A stretch of DNA of 64,000 bases from Candidatus Latescibacterota bacterium (GTDB lineage: Bacteria; Latescibacterota; UBA2968; UBA8231), in contig CBDAOB010000002.1 in the NCBI GenBank assembly GCA_965197905.1, positions 352,001 to 416,000 of the forward strand. The letters run 5' to 3'. Under the pieces are notes generated by a model. That model saw only the letters and a list, made by a program, of their open reading frames with translations. It searched no databases and was not told the DNA's origin. Made by a program: the position numbers and the translations under genes. Each line of letters opens with the position of its first letter. Position 1 is the stretch's first letter. Of this stretch, positions 27,526-37,738 are shown piece after piece.

Positions 27526-28575
27526 CTAATTCACCTTGAAACGGATACTCTCGTTCGTTTCGACCCTCGACTTCCCACTCTCACCGAAGTCCAAGACTCC
27601 TCCCTCACCGATTCGATCGCCCGACATATTGGCGGGCACATTCTCAAAAATCACGTCCTCCCCGGCGTCTAACATCAACTTTCCGACGAACCCGCTGCCG
27701 ATCGACAAGGAGACATTCCCGTTCCGCGTCCGGGCCTTTACCGGACTAGGTGATTCGTCGCTCAGGTCAATCGAAATACGGCTGTTTGAAGTCTCGGCAT
27801 TTACAGATTGATGTGCGCCTGAAATTTCAATATCGTCATTTGTTGTTCGCGCTTTGACGCCCCCAGTGACATCGGAGATCATGATCCTGTCGTTGGAGGT
27901 TTGGGCGCTAACAGCTCCGTGATGATTCCTGATCTCTATGCGATCGTTGGTCGTATTGAGCTCAATCTCGCCCTTCGATCTAATCACCGAAATCGGACCA
28001 TTGGATGTTCGCGCAGAGATGTTTCCCACGTTGTCTGAAATCGTGATTCGATCGTTGCTTGTATTGAGGTTGAGATCACCGGTAACGTGGTCCACGACGA
28101 CCTTGTCGTTGGATGTCTTTGCTATAACTGGACCGTCGTGGTTCCGGATCTTGATGGGTCCATTTGTTGACTTCAATTCGGCGCGTCCAGAAAGCCCGAC
28201 AACCTCAATGGCATCATTTTGTGTGCGTGCATGAATTCCAGACACGGCAGGAACCTCGATCTCGAATCCTACACCCTCCTCGCCCGTCCTATCGGGCCAC
28301 ACGGCGTTAACTGTGAGTGAGTTGTCGTCATCGTATTTTACTTCGACATGGGGCAATTCCAGACGCGCGTTTGTGTTCGCCGTTATCTTGGCAGTTACGC
28401 GAACGTTCTCGCCGTCTTTCTGTTTCACCGATATCTCCGCATTCCATGCCTGGACCTTGAGCGATGTTCCCCCTACGAACGGTGCTGTCACAATCTCATC
28501 TTTGGAGGCTTTGGCATGAAGCAGTGAGCCTCCAACGAAAAGGTATATGGCAATTGTAACGATGGTGTTCGTCAT
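27526..28575 (-). CDS. DUF4097 / putative adhesin beta-strand repeat protein
   Basis: Repeated A(K/R)TSN(D/G)xI units, signal peptide, GGAGG RBS before ATG 28575. Confidence 0.85.
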   Translation of the reverse strand: MTNTIVTIAIYLFVGGSLLHAKASKDEIVTAPFVGGTSLKVQAWNAEISVKQKDGENVRVTAKITANTNARLELPHVEVKYDDDNSLTVNAVWPDRTGEEGVGFEIEVPAVSGIHARTQNDAIEVVGLSGRAELKSTNGPIKIRNHDGPVIAKTSNDKVVVDHVTGDLNLNTSNDRITISDNVGNISARTSNGPISVIRSKGEIELNTTNDRIEIRNHHGAVSAQTSNDRIMISDVTGGVKARTTNDDIEISGAHQSVNAETSNSRISIDLSDESPSPVKARTRNGNVSLSIGSGFVGKLMLDAGEDVIFENVPANMSGDRIGEGGVLDFGESGKSRVETNESIRFKVN

Positions 28576-28837
28576 TTCCGACCTCCATTCAGAAAACAGC
28601 TGCGACAGATGAACATTGTCAACGAGTTTCCTGTGGATTCGCCTGCCCTTCAACGACATCCGCCGCGTCCACGATGCGAGTCATCTCGAGATCTCTCTAA
28701 CCTTGGTGCAGGATATGTGGGATATCTTTGTGCGGCTGTGCACTCTAGCCGCATGCTCCGCCCGCAAACAGACCCGAGATTGCCTCGAGCGACTTCGTCA
28801 TTGGTGAAGATCTGTTCCGACATCAGTGGAGCAACGA

Positions 28838-29170
28838 CTAGCCCGGTGGCTCCGAGCCGGTGCTGAATGGATGCCGCGACGCCCACGCTTCGAAGCCGCC
28901 GTCCATGCTATAGACCTCGGCGAAGCCGTGGTCGACCAGGTATTGGGCCGCCATCTGACTGCTGTTTCCGTGGTAGCAATAGACCACCACGGGATGCTCC
29001 TTCTCGCTTGACGTCAGAAACGACTCCGCGCTTTCGTCCGTCAGGTGAACGGAGCGTTCGATATAGACGGCTTCGCGCGATTCCTGGTCGCGGATATCCA
29101 GGAAGACTGCGGTCCCGGCATCGAGGTGACCCTTCGCTTGGTCGATATCGATATGTTGGAACTGGCTCAA
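28838..29170 (-). CDS. glpE: Thiosulfate sulfurtransferase (rhodanese)
   Basis: VVYCYHGNSSQMAAQYL, VYSMDGGFEAW. TTG start with GGAGG RBS. Confidence 0.85.
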   Translation of the reverse strand: MSQFQHIDIDQAKGHLDAGTAVFLDIRDQESREAVYIERSVHLTDESAESFLTSSEKEHPVVVYCYHGNSSQMAAQYLVDHGFAEVYSMDGGFEAWASRHPFSTGSEPPG

Positions 29171-29192
29171 AGGTTCCTCCTTGTGAAGACTC

Positions 29193-32096
29193 TCATAACA
29201 CCTTCACGATGTCGAGAAAGTCTGACCGCAGCTGGTTGGCAGCCTCGAGCTTGTCCGGCGCCCCGACGACCACGACTCGGCCGTCGCGGTTGAGTTGCTC
29301 CAGAATCTTTGCGAATTCGCGGAAAGCTGACACTTCCGTGCCCAGAACCTGATCGCGCATCATCTGCCGATACTCTTCCGTGACGCCGGTAAGGTGGCGC
29401 AACATGGAGGTGTACCCTTTGGCATCGGGAAGTTGATAGCCATCCATGTCCCCGATGGTGCCGATGATCGCCTTGTGAAGCTCGTCTTCGTTTATCTCGG
29501 TCTCCGCCAGAAACCGACTGGTTTGGTCGTACACCTCCACCGTTTCCAGCAGATTCGGATCGCGGTAGGAGGCGTAGGACAAGACGCCCGAGAAGTGATC
29601 GAAGGAGCAAAAAACCCCGTACGCACCGCCCTGCACGCGCACCCGATCCCAAAGCCACGAAGTCCCCATGAATCGGGTGATTACCGCGACCGAGCCATCC
29701 AGCTGGTAGCCCAGGTCGTAGATATTGGCCGCTTTGGCCACGTAGTTCACCTGACTTGGCACCGCCAGTCCTTCGTTGCGAGCGATGAACTCGGGCGACC
29801 AGGGAGTTGGACGGGTGTCTATTTCTGGGAGTTGTGCAGCGAATCGTGCGAGCTCCTTTTCCACGACGGCACGATCGTCACCGTGATATGTGCTGTTACA
29901 GATCATGGAACGACGGTTGACCAAACGGTTGCGGATATCCTCCAACCGTGCCTGCACCTGGTCCCAATGGTTCTCACAGTCTTCTGCCAGCTGTCGCAGA
30001 AAGAACAGATACTCGACCCCTTTCATTTGTTCGCTGGCCCAGCTGGCCTCGTCGTACTGGGCTCGAAGGCGCAGGTTAGCCACCCGGTGACCTCCCGGGA
30101 CCAGACCTGCCTCCTCGCCGGCTTTCTCTTCCAGCACCATCTGCATGAGGCGCTCTCGATTGTCGAGCCGGGCCGTCGCCAACACCTCCTGCATAATCTC
30201 CAGGAGCTCCGCGACCTGGTTGGTCATGCCTTTTCCCCGCAAGAAAAACCACGCTGCCGCTTCGCCTCCCTCCCGTTTCGAAGTGATCAATGAGTGGGAG
30301 CCGATACCGCCGGTTTTCATACCGATCCGTTGCCCCAGCGCGACGAAATCCTCGCGGTCGGTACCCGTTTCTACGAGCGCGCGGCCGAACAGAGGCACGT
30401 AAGGCAGTAGCTCTGAGGGCAATACGTGCAGATCGAAACCCATATCCAAGTAGACGATACCATTGGTGAACAGATCGTGATACAGGGTCATCAATCCGTT
30501 TTCGTTGCCCACTTCCAACGGGATCTTGCGAGTAGCACGATCAAGATCATCCAGCTGCAGACGGGGGAGTTTGGCCAGGTCCTCCGGCGCGTCCGGGGCT
30601 TCCTGCATGCGACGCAGTTCGAGGGTGTTCGCCACGTGTGACTGGAGCTCCTCGCTGTCCATGCCGGCACGCGCTCGTGCCAGACGTTCGGTCTCTTCAG
30701 CCTCTTCTGCGGCAACCAGATCTTCGTCCGGTTCTAGCACGATGGTCGTGCGGTGATGGTTGGAAAGCAATTGGGTGCGGATCAAACCTTCGAAAAATCC
30801 GGTTCCGGGTGCGGACTTTGCTTTGATCGTTCCCAGTGGGGCTTCGAATTTAAGCGGCTCGAGAGGATCGCGGTCGTGGAGCCAGGTGCTGAGTGCACGC
30901 AGCATCAACGCCAACCCGCGGGGATAGGAGCCGGTGTTGTTTTCGCGCAAGCGAAACTCGGTGGTGTTCAGAGCAGCAGCGATCGCATCTGGATCGAGGC
31001 CCTCGTCGGCAAGGGACTCCAGCGAGTTGAGGATCAGGTCCTCGACCTCGTCTACCCGATCTGGTTCCACGCCGCGGAGACCGACGGAGAAATAGAGCTG
31101 CATCAGCTCCGATTCCATTCCCACACCCGCCAGGTCCTCTCCCAATCCGGACTCGATCAGGGCCTTTCGCAACGGTGACGCCGGGGTGCCCAGCAGAATG
31201 TGCTCCAGGATGTGTAGTGCCATGATCGTCTCGGCATCGAGATCGTCGTGCAACAGCCAGCTGACTGTGGTCATGCTCCTGTTGTTCTCACCGTCAGCAC
31301 TTACTGGATACGGCTGAACGACTCTGCGCGGCTCGTCAAAGCGGCGTTGACTCGTCACTTGCGAGGTTATCTCCCGCGATTGGAAGTCGGCCAGGTACTC
31401 CTCCAGAAGTTCCAGGCGTCGCTCGGGATCGTCGTCGCCGTAGAGGTAGATGCGGCTGTTGGCCGGGTGATACAGGTCGCGGTGGAAGGTTTCGAACTGC
31501 TCCCAGGTGAGATCGGGAATGTGACGCGGGTGCCCCCCTGATTCCACCCCGTAGGTGGTGTCTGGAAAGATGGAGTGCTGCGCATACTCCGCCAGCCGGC
31601 GTTCCGGGTCGGAATAGGCTCCCTTCATTTCATTATATACAACTCCCTTGAAGGTCAGCGGCTTTTCCGTGTCGTCGAGCTCGTAATGCCAGCCCTCCTG
31701 TTGCAGAATCTCTGGCGTCAATCTCGGATAGAAGACTGCGTCCAAGTAGACGTCGACGAGGTTGTAGAAGTCCTGAAGATTCTGGCTCGCCACCGGGTAA
31801 CAGGTCTTGTCAGGATAGGTGAAGGCGTTGAGAAAGGTGTTGAGGGACCCCTTCAGCAGCTCGACGAACGGTTCTTTTACCGGGTACTTGCGAGAGCCAC
31901 ACAGTACCGAATGTTCAAGGATGTGGGCGATCCCGGTCGAGTCGGAGGGCGGCGTGCGGAAGTTGATGCCGAACACTTTGTTCTCGTCGTCGTTGACCAG
32001 CGACAGCAATTCCGCGCCGGTGCGGTGTTTGTAAAGGAACGCCTCGGTCTGTAGTTCACCGATTTTTTCTTGTCGTTGCAGTTCGAATTGGTGCAT
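29193..32096 (-). CDS. M16C insulinase-family metallopeptidase (presequence-protease-like)
   Basis: HILEHSVLCGSRKYPVKEPF (inverted HxxEH), GVVYNEMKG, RVQGGAYG, SYRDPN. Confidence 0.95.
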   Translation of the reverse strand: MHQFELQRQEKIGELQTEAFLYKHRTGAELLSLVNDDENKVFGINFRTPPSDSTGIAHILEHSVLCGSRKYPVKEPFVELLKGSLNTFLNAFTYPDKTCYPVASQNLQDFYNLVDVYLDAVFYPRLTPEILQQEGWHYELDDTEKPLTFKGVVYNEMKGAYSDPERRLAEYAQHSIFPDTTYGVESGGHPRHIPDLTWEQFETFHRDLYHPANSRIYLYGDDDPERRLELLEEYLADFQSREITSQVTSQRRFDEPRRVVQPYPVSADGENNRSMTTVSWLLHDDLDAETIMALHILEHILLGTPASPLRKALIESGLGEDLAGVGMESELMQLYFSVGLRGVEPDRVDEVEDLILNSLESLADEGLDPDAIAAALNTTEFRLRENNTGSYPRGLALMLRALSTWLHDRDPLEPLKFEAPLGTIKAKSAPGTGFFEGLIRTQLLSNHHRTTIVLEPDEDLVAAEEAEETERLARARAGMDSEELQSHVANTLELRRMQEAPDAPEDLAKLPRLQLDDLDRATRKIPLEVGNENGLMTLYHDLFTNGIVYLDMGFDLHVLPSELLPYVPLFGRALVETGTDREDFVALGQRIGMKTGGIGSHSLITSKREGGEAAAWFFLRGKGMTNQVAELLEIMQEVLATARLDNRERLMQMVLEEKAGEEAGLVPGGHRVANLRLRAQYDEASWASEQMKGVEYLFFLRQLAEDCENHWDQVQARLEDIRNRLVNRRSMICNSTYHGDDRAVVEKELARFAAQLPEIDTRPTPWSPEFIARNEGLAVPSQVNYVAKAANIYDLGYQLDGSVAVITRFMGTSWLWDRVRVQGGAYGVFCSFDHFSGVLSYASYRDPNLLETVEVYDQTSRFLAETEINEDELHKAIIGTIGDMDGYQLPDAKGYTSMLRHLTGVTEEYRQMMRDQVLGTEVSAFREFAKILEQLNRDGRVVVVGAPDKLEAANQLRSDFLDIVKVL

Positions 32097-32174
32097 GGAT
32101 CCTCGTAGCGATTAGATACCCGCACAGGGGTGGACACTAGTACTAAAATAGCCGCATGGGATCAACTGGCAGGT

Positions 32175-33323
32175 TCACGCAGGTGCAATCTTTCCAAGAA
32201 TGACCGCACGCTGAGCCCCGGTGGCGGATGGCACGTTCCCAGTTTGACCGGCGATGGTTTCGTTCGCCAATACCGCAAACGCCAGCGCCTCGCGCGCACC
32301 TGGATCGATGCCCAACCCGGTGAACGAATCCACCTTCAGTTCAGATAACCCCTCGGTCAGATGACGCACCAGCGTTTTGTTGTAAGCCCCACCACCACCC
32401 AACCAGAGCTCGTGCATTTCACGCATGACGAAGCGGTTTATTCCGCGAATGATCGACTCGGAGGTAAAGGCTGTGAGCGTTGCCAGCATGTCTTCGGGAA
32501 CGAGAGTCACCTCTTTCAGCAGCGCCTTGAAGTACGTAACGCCAAACTCCTCCCTGCCGGTGGACTTGGGCGGCTGCCGGTGCAAAAACTCGTGTCTCAA
32601 CAGGCGTTCCAGAAACTCTTGGTCGATCTGTCCGCGGCCGGCCCAACGGCCATCCCGATCGAACCGCTCTTCGCCACTGGAATAATGGTTCACCGCGGCA
32701 TCTATCAGCATGTTTCCCGGACCCAGGTCGAACGCGGTTACCTGTTCTCGAGATCCACCGGCCGGCAGCACCGTCACATTGGAGATCCCGCCAATGTTTA
32801 ACAGCAGCCGACCCTTCTCTTCGTCGTTGAACAGCAGATAGTCTGCAAGGGGAACGAGGGGCGCCCCCTGTCCTCCCACCGCCATGTCGGCGGGTCGGAA
32901 GTCGCCGACCGTGGTGATTCTGGCTCGCTGCGCGATCACCGAGATGTCGCCGATCTGTAGGGTCGACGGCGGCGTTCCGCCGGGAAGGTGACGCACGGTC
33001 TGACCGTGAGAGCCGATGAGATCCACCTGCTCCACGCGCAAGCCCACGTTGGATATGATCTGGATGGCCGCCGCCGCGAACGCTTCTCCGACGGCTGCGT
33101 TGAGCTCGCATAGGTCGTCCAGGTTTGCGGTCGGCTCGAACAGTTGGAAGATCCTTTTGCGAACCTCCTGTTCGTAGCTGACGGTCTCGAATCCGAGCAT
33201 GTGGAAGCGGGTTGCAGCTCCCGATCCCTCTAGCACGCATAACACTGCGTCGATGCCGTCTACCGAGGTCCCGGAGATCATGCCTAGGACAGTCCTTCGG
33301 AGCTTTGCACCTACCGCGTTCAT
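32175..33323 (-). CDS. anmK: Anhydro-N-acetylmuramic acid kinase
   Basis: GMISGTSVDGID, GSHGQTVRH, GGQGAPLVP, LNIGGISN, KSTGREEF, EALAFA. Confidence 0.95.
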   Translation of the reverse strand: MNAVGAKLRRTVLGMISGTSVDGIDAVLCVLEGSGAATRFHMLGFETVSYEQEVRKRIFQLFEPTANLDDLCELNAAVGEAFAAAAIQIISNVGLRVEQVDLIGSHGQTVRHLPGGTPPSTLQIGDISVIAQRARITTVGDFRPADMAVGGQGAPLVPLADYLLFNDEEKGRLLLNIGGISNVTVLPAGGSREQVTAFDLGPGNMLIDAAVNHYSSGEERFDRDGRWAGRGQIDQEFLERLLRHEFLHRQPPKSTGREEFGVTYFKALLKEVTLVPEDMLATLTAFTSESIIRGINRFVMREMHELWLGGGGAYNKTLVRHLTEGLSELKVDSFTGLGIDPGAREALAFAVLANETIAGQTGNVPSATGAQRAVILGKIAPA

Positions 33324-34753
33324 GAAAGGGCCTTGCGGTTTCCGACGAGGGCGATGAGCCCGAAGAGGGTGGCGTAGACCAGAGCGAAGCGGCCGTTGAC
33401 CATTGAGCCGTCACTGACTCCGAGTGCGGCCATTGCGATGATCACAGCGGTCGCGGCGGCAGCAAACGCGCGCACGTGCGGCTCTTCGGCGTTCTTGAAG
33501 GTCTGGCGCGCCAGTCGCAGCACACTCCACAGCAGCCAGAGGAACGCGAGCGTACCGATCAGTCCGCTCTTTACTAGCAAGCTCAGGTAGAGACTGTCGA
33601 GAGTCCAGGTGGTCATGTTCTCGAAACGTTTTATGTCCTCGTTGAACATCGGCACGTCTAGCGTGGTGCCCTGGCCGAGACCCGTCACCGGATGTTCGGC
33701 GAACGCTCCTATCGCCAAGCGATAGGATTGCAGCCTGCCGAGAACGTGTACATCGCGTTCGAAATCCACGAAAGTGCGGGAGCGCTCTAGGGCGTGGGCC
33801 CCGATGGCGGCTCCAGTAACGCGTTGGAAGAGGAAAACCGTCGTTCCCCACAGAACCAGGACACCGAACACCAGCATCACCGCCCGTCCTACCCGCCGTC
33901 CCTGTCCCTCACCTCCCACGTAACGCAACAGGATGGAGGCCACGAGTCCGATAGCAAAAGCGACCCACATCCCCCGGCCGACCGTCAACACGAACGCGAG
34001 GCCCATGGGCACAGCCAGAGCCGCCAGCATCCAACGGCTGTACCGCCCGGGATCGTGCAGATACTGGTTTACCAGGAATAGCAATCCGATCGGCAGCGAC
34101 AATCCTTGCAGACGTGCGACCCGCTTGAAGCGACTGCCCATCGAGAGATCGATGGCACCGACGAATTCCAGGATGTATTCGAAGCTGACCGCCAGTCCGG
34201 CAAGCACGAGCACCGGCACAAAAACACGCAACGCCGTGTTGCGATCGACGAAGGAAGTCACCAGAAAGATAGCGGCGTAGTACAGCGGAAACCGGACGTC
34301 CCTCAGCACCAACGACAGCGAATTCCCGTTTAGCAATCCGACACCTGCCGACAGCAGGGCAGCGAGAAGGAAAACCGCGACGGCGCCGTCGAGTGGGCCG
34401 CGACGACAATGCAGCTGTCGATACATCAGTAGATCGATCGCAGCGAAAACAAAGGCCGCTATCAAAATTGCTTCGTGGAAGCGGAAGCCCCCCGGCAGCA
34501 CCAGGGCCCCGAGCATCTTGGCCGGCAGGATGATGGTCAACGCCAGCAGTGCCAGCAGAGTCCGTTCCACCGAAAACGCCACCAGCGCCAGGAACACCAG
34601 CTGCCCACTGATCAACCAGGTATAGTTGACCGAAAACAGCGAGGGCAGGACGATCAACATCACTTGGGCTGCGCAGACCAACGCCAGCAAACCGTTGCTG
34701 TACGGCGACAGTGACACCATCGGGATACGGGTCGTGTTCACGATCGGCGCCAC
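33320..34753 (-). CDS. O-antigen ligase-like (Wzy_C) membrane protein
   Basis: Polytopic, LTVGRGMWVA, HPVTGLGQG, DSLYLSLLVKSGLIG. Confidence 0.8.
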   Translation of the reverse strand: MAPIVNTTRIPMVSLSPYSNGLLALVCAAQVMLIVLPSLFSVNYTWLISGQLVFLALVAFSVERTLLALLALTIILPAKMLGALVLPGGFRFHEAILIAAFVFAAIDLLMYRQLHCRRGPLDGAVAVFLLAALLSAGVGLLNGNSLSLVLRDVRFPLYYAAIFLVTSFVDRNTALRVFVPVLVLAGLAVSFEYILEFVGAIDLSMGSRFKRVARLQGLSLPIGLLFLVNQYLHDPGRYSRWMLAALAVPMGLAFVLTVGRGMWVAFAIGLVASILLRYVGGEGQGRRVGRAVMLVFGVLVLWGTTVFLFQRVTGAAIGAHALERSRTFVDFERDVHVLGRLQSYRLAIGAFAEHPVTGLGQGTTLDVPMFNEDIKRFENMTTWTLDSLYLSLLVKSGLIGTLAFLWLLWSVLRLARQTFKNAEEPHVRAFAAAATAVIIAMAALGVSDGSMVNGRFALVYATLFGLIALVGNRKALS

Positions 34754-35934
34754 TTCGAGACGAGATGGTTGATCGACCAGGCGGCCGGCACCATGAGCAC
34801 CGCATCAACCGGAAGCCGGAAGCGGGTATGGGCGAAGAAGAGGGCATGCACGATGGATAGGGACAACGCCAAAGCCGCTATCGGCCAAGCGATCGGATGC
34901 CGGCGCAGTTGCCAGGTACCCCAGGCGCCGAGCCCGACGACAGGAAGGTAGCTCAACACCGCGACCAGATTTCGTAGGCGCGATTCTCCTGAAACGATCG
35001 GGCTCCAGAGTAGAAGCAGCTTTCGCAGACCCAGCTCCAAGGTTCGGCCAGGGGCCGCAGCCATGCGGGAGATCATCTCCCGCAGCGCCGCCCGCTCGCG
35101 GCTGACGGCATCTGGTTGAGTTCCGGTCATGCGGTGCAGCAAGCCAACATAGTCGGCGCCGTCGCGATACACCCCTCGCGCTTCCGGCTCGTGACCTACC
35201 AGAAGATTCATGCCGGCGTTGGAGGAAATCGGCACCAAGTAGCCGGTTACCGCGTAGTTCCGCATCGTCCAGGGAGCGATCGCCAGGCAGAGCGCGGCGA
35301 CAATGGCCATCACATGTCTACCAGTCGCCCGTCTTGCTCCGCCATCGGGTGTAACCCATCCAGGCCAAACCAGCAGTCCACCTGCCAACAATACCGCCCA
35401 CCCGAGCATGACCGGCTTGCAAAGAGCCCCGAGGCCAAGGGAAACCCCCAGCGCGGCCGCGCGACGGACCGACGGTTCGTTCTGGAACTCAAGAGTGAGG
35501 TAGAGGGAGAGCACGGCGAGCAGAATCAACAGGGTCTCCACCATCAACACGCCCGCAAAGAATACAAAGAGCGGATAGACACCTCCCATTACCGCTGCAA
35601 TCAGTCCAACCCGCTCGCAGTCGACGTGACGCCCGATCAAAAAGAGTAAACCACAGGTGAGGGTGCTCAGTACTGCTTGCAAGACCCGGACGACTTCGAC
35701 GTCGGATCCGGCGACATAAAAAACGGTGGCGAGAAACAGCCCGTAGAGGGGTGGACGATATGTTCCGATGTCTGGGTGCATCGGTCCCAGATTCACAAAA
35801 TGTTGGGCAAGGCGCACCCAGTGGGTTTCGTCGGCAGACGCTTCCATGCCCGATCTCGAGATGCCAAAACCGAGACGGAGCAACAGAGCTAAAACCAGGA
35901 CGATTCCCAGCGCTCTATACCTCAAACCTCTCAT
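34738..35934 (-). CDS. Glycosyltransferase family 39 / ArnT-like membrane protein
   Basis: YRPPLYGLFL, LMVETL, PWTMRN, RFRLP. Confidence 0.85.
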   Translation of the reverse strand: MRGLRYRALGIVLVLALLLRLGFGISRSGMEASADETHWVRLAQHFVNLGPMHPDIGTYRPPLYGLFLATVFYVAGSDVEVVRVLQAVLSTLTCGLLFLIGRHVDCERVGLIAAVMGGVYPLFVFFAGVLMVETLLILLAVLSLYLTLEFQNEPSVRRAAALGVSLGLGALCKPVMLGWAVLLAGGLLVWPGWVTPDGGARRATGRHVMAIVAALCLAIAPWTMRNYAVTGYLVPISSNAGMNLLVGHEPEARGVYRDGADYVGLLHRMTGTQPDAVSRERAALREMISRMAAAPGRTLELGLRKLLLLWSPIVSGESRLRNLVAVLSYLPVVGLGAWGTWQLRRHPIAWPIAALALSLSIVHALFFAHTRFRLPVDAVLMVPAAWSINHLVSKWRRS

Positions 35935-35935
35935 C

Positions 35936-36598
35936 CTATATGTCTGGTTTGCGAGCTACCAGGAGAAAGTTCCAGCAGTCGCTCTCTACCCGGTGAATCC
36001 GGTCGAAAGCCCACGCCAACAGCTGCACCACCGCGTAGAGCGGCAACAGCACCGGCTTCATCCCTATTTTCTCGAACTGCTGCAGGTAGTAGCAGAAGCG
36101 GGTGCCCGCAGTCACCCAGTAGCCGGCCATCGCTTCCACTTTTACCGTGTTCAAACCGGCTTTCCCTGCCAGGTGGGTCAACCCGAAGTTGGTGAAGCGA
36201 AAATAGTCGTTTGGCTCCTCGTGGATTCCCCAAATGTGCGGCGCGGAGAGAATGAGATGCCCGTTCGGTCTCAACACCCTGCCGATCTCTCGGAACATCG
36301 CCGCCGGTTCGGAAACATGTTCCAGCACCTGTGCACAGAAAACCGTCTCGAAGCATTCGTCGCAAAAAGGCAACTCGATGCTGCTACCCCATAAGTCGGG
36401 AGGTGTATCACGATAGCGGGAGCGATCGTATTCGATGCCGAGGCAGGAAGAGGCCTGTTTCTGTTGCAGATCCAGATAAGGTTTGCGCCCGCAACCCACA
36501 TCCAGCAACCGACCGCGCGCGAAGTCTACCACAGAGCGGTGCAGGTGCTGCCGGCATAACCGGTTCACCAGCCAGTTGACCGAAAAGGGTGAGCCCAT
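35936..36598 (-). CDS. Class I SAM-dependent methyltransferase (type 11)
   Basis: LLDVGCGRKPY, QVLEHV, HEEPNDYFRFT. True start taken as ATG 36598 (GGAG RBS). Confidence 0.85.
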   Translation of the reverse strand: MGSPFSVNWLVNRLCRQHLHRSVVDFARGRLLDVGCGRKPYLDLQQKQASSCLGIEYDRSRYRDTPPDLWGSSIELPFCDECFETVFCAQVLEHVSEPAAMFREIGRVLRPNGHLILSAPHIWGIHEEPNDYFRFTNFGLTHLAGKAGLNTVKVEAMAGYWVTAGTRFCYYLQQFEKIGMKPVLLPLYAVVQLLAWAFDRIHRVESDCWNFLLVARKPDI

Positions 36599-36609
36599 TA
36601 CTCCCGGTC

Positions 36610-37722
36610 TTATTGGCGATCCCGGGCGGTATGGGTGAAGTAGTCGGTAATGTGTCCTTCGCCGTCGACGACGAAAGCGCCCGGATAGCGAATCGCAGTG
36701 GGGCAGACGTGACCTGGCACAGCCAGCAAATAGCCGCCGACGGTTGGCGCTTCGCCCGGCCAGTCGAATACACCATGCTCCTCGTTCTGAAGCTGCAGCT
36801 TGGCTTCCCGGTGTCCTAGAAGGCGAGCCCGTTTTTCGAGCGGAGTGTCGGCCGGGATCGCTTTGCTGCCCAGGTCGGTGGTTACCATTTGGTGCTGGGG
36901 GTAGACCTCCACGATCTGAGTGAGAACGCATGCGGACCACCTGAAAGGCATGTCCACGAGAAGGTCTCCGTACCCGGTGTCCCAGTAGGTGCAGGTTCCG
37001 GGGGAGCCGAACATGCCCTCGGCACGGGCGTAATAGGGAAAGGTCCAGGTGTTGCCGGCAACGATCTTGGGAACCGACAGGCCGCCGCGTTCGAGGCTGG
37101 CCTTGAGCGCCTGCAACTCACCCACGTGGCGTTGCGAGGTTTGTTCCCGCTCTGTCGGATCGGTGATATGTTCGTGGCCGTCGTACCAGTGTAGACCCGA
37201 AGCCCGCAAGAACTCGGCGCGATCGATCTGGCGATAGAGATCTTCCGTCGCGTGACCCATGGCCACACCAGTTCGGTGCATCCCCGAGTCTACGTCCACC
37301 ATGACGTTCAGCTGTTGTCGCTTCGACCTACTAACCCGATCGAGGAGCTCGAAATGCAGAGACGCGCTGGCGATGGCATTTACGGTCGCTTCACCGTGAG
37401 TGCCACACAGATCGCAAAGGCGTTCCACCTTCAGTTGCTGAACCAGCGGGTACGCCATCACTACGTCCCGGGCGCCGGCATCCAACACCATCTCCAGTTC
37501 CTTCAAGGTCGCACATTTGAAACCAGCTACTCCCCGTTCCATCTGGCGATGCACCACCTGAGCCGACTTGTGGGTCTTTACATGTGGCATCAGGTTCTGT
37601 GGCCCGCCTGCCAATTCGAAGGTGGTTTCCAGATTGTGGTTCAACTGATTCTCGAACACCACCATGGCCGGTGTTTCCAGAGCATCCGGATTGGCAACTT
37701 TGTATCCTTCGTACTCGATCAT
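36610..37722 (-). CDS. D-threonine aldolase / alanine-racemase-fold PLP enzyme
   Basis: PHVKTHK, KCATLKE, DSGMHRTG, YDGH, NEEHG, PGHVCPT. Confidence 0.9.
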   Translation of the reverse strand: MIEYEGYKVANPDALETPAMVVFENQLNHNLETTFELAGGPQNLMPHVKTHKSAQVVHRQMERGVAGFKCATLKELEMVLDAGARDVVMAYPLVQQLKVERLCDLCGTHGEATVNAIASASLHFELLDRVSRSKRQQLNVMVDVDSGMHRTGVAMGHATEDLYRQIDRAEFLRASGLHWYDGHEHITDPTEREQTSQRHVGELQALKASLERGGLSVPKIVAGNTWTFPYYARAEGMFGSPGTCTYWDTGYGDLLVDMPFRWSACVLTQIVEVYPQHQMVTTDLGSKAIPADTPLEKRARLLGHREAKLQLQNEEHGVFDWPGEAPTVGGYLLAVPGHVCPTAIRYPGAFVVDGEGHITDYFTHTARDRQ

Positions 37723-37738
37723 TGTTTGCTCCCGTGCA

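Noticed and set aside
36599..36940. N-terminal extension of the methyltransferase ORF
   Set aside because: It overlaps the PLP-enzyme gene in another frame and has low-complexity composition.
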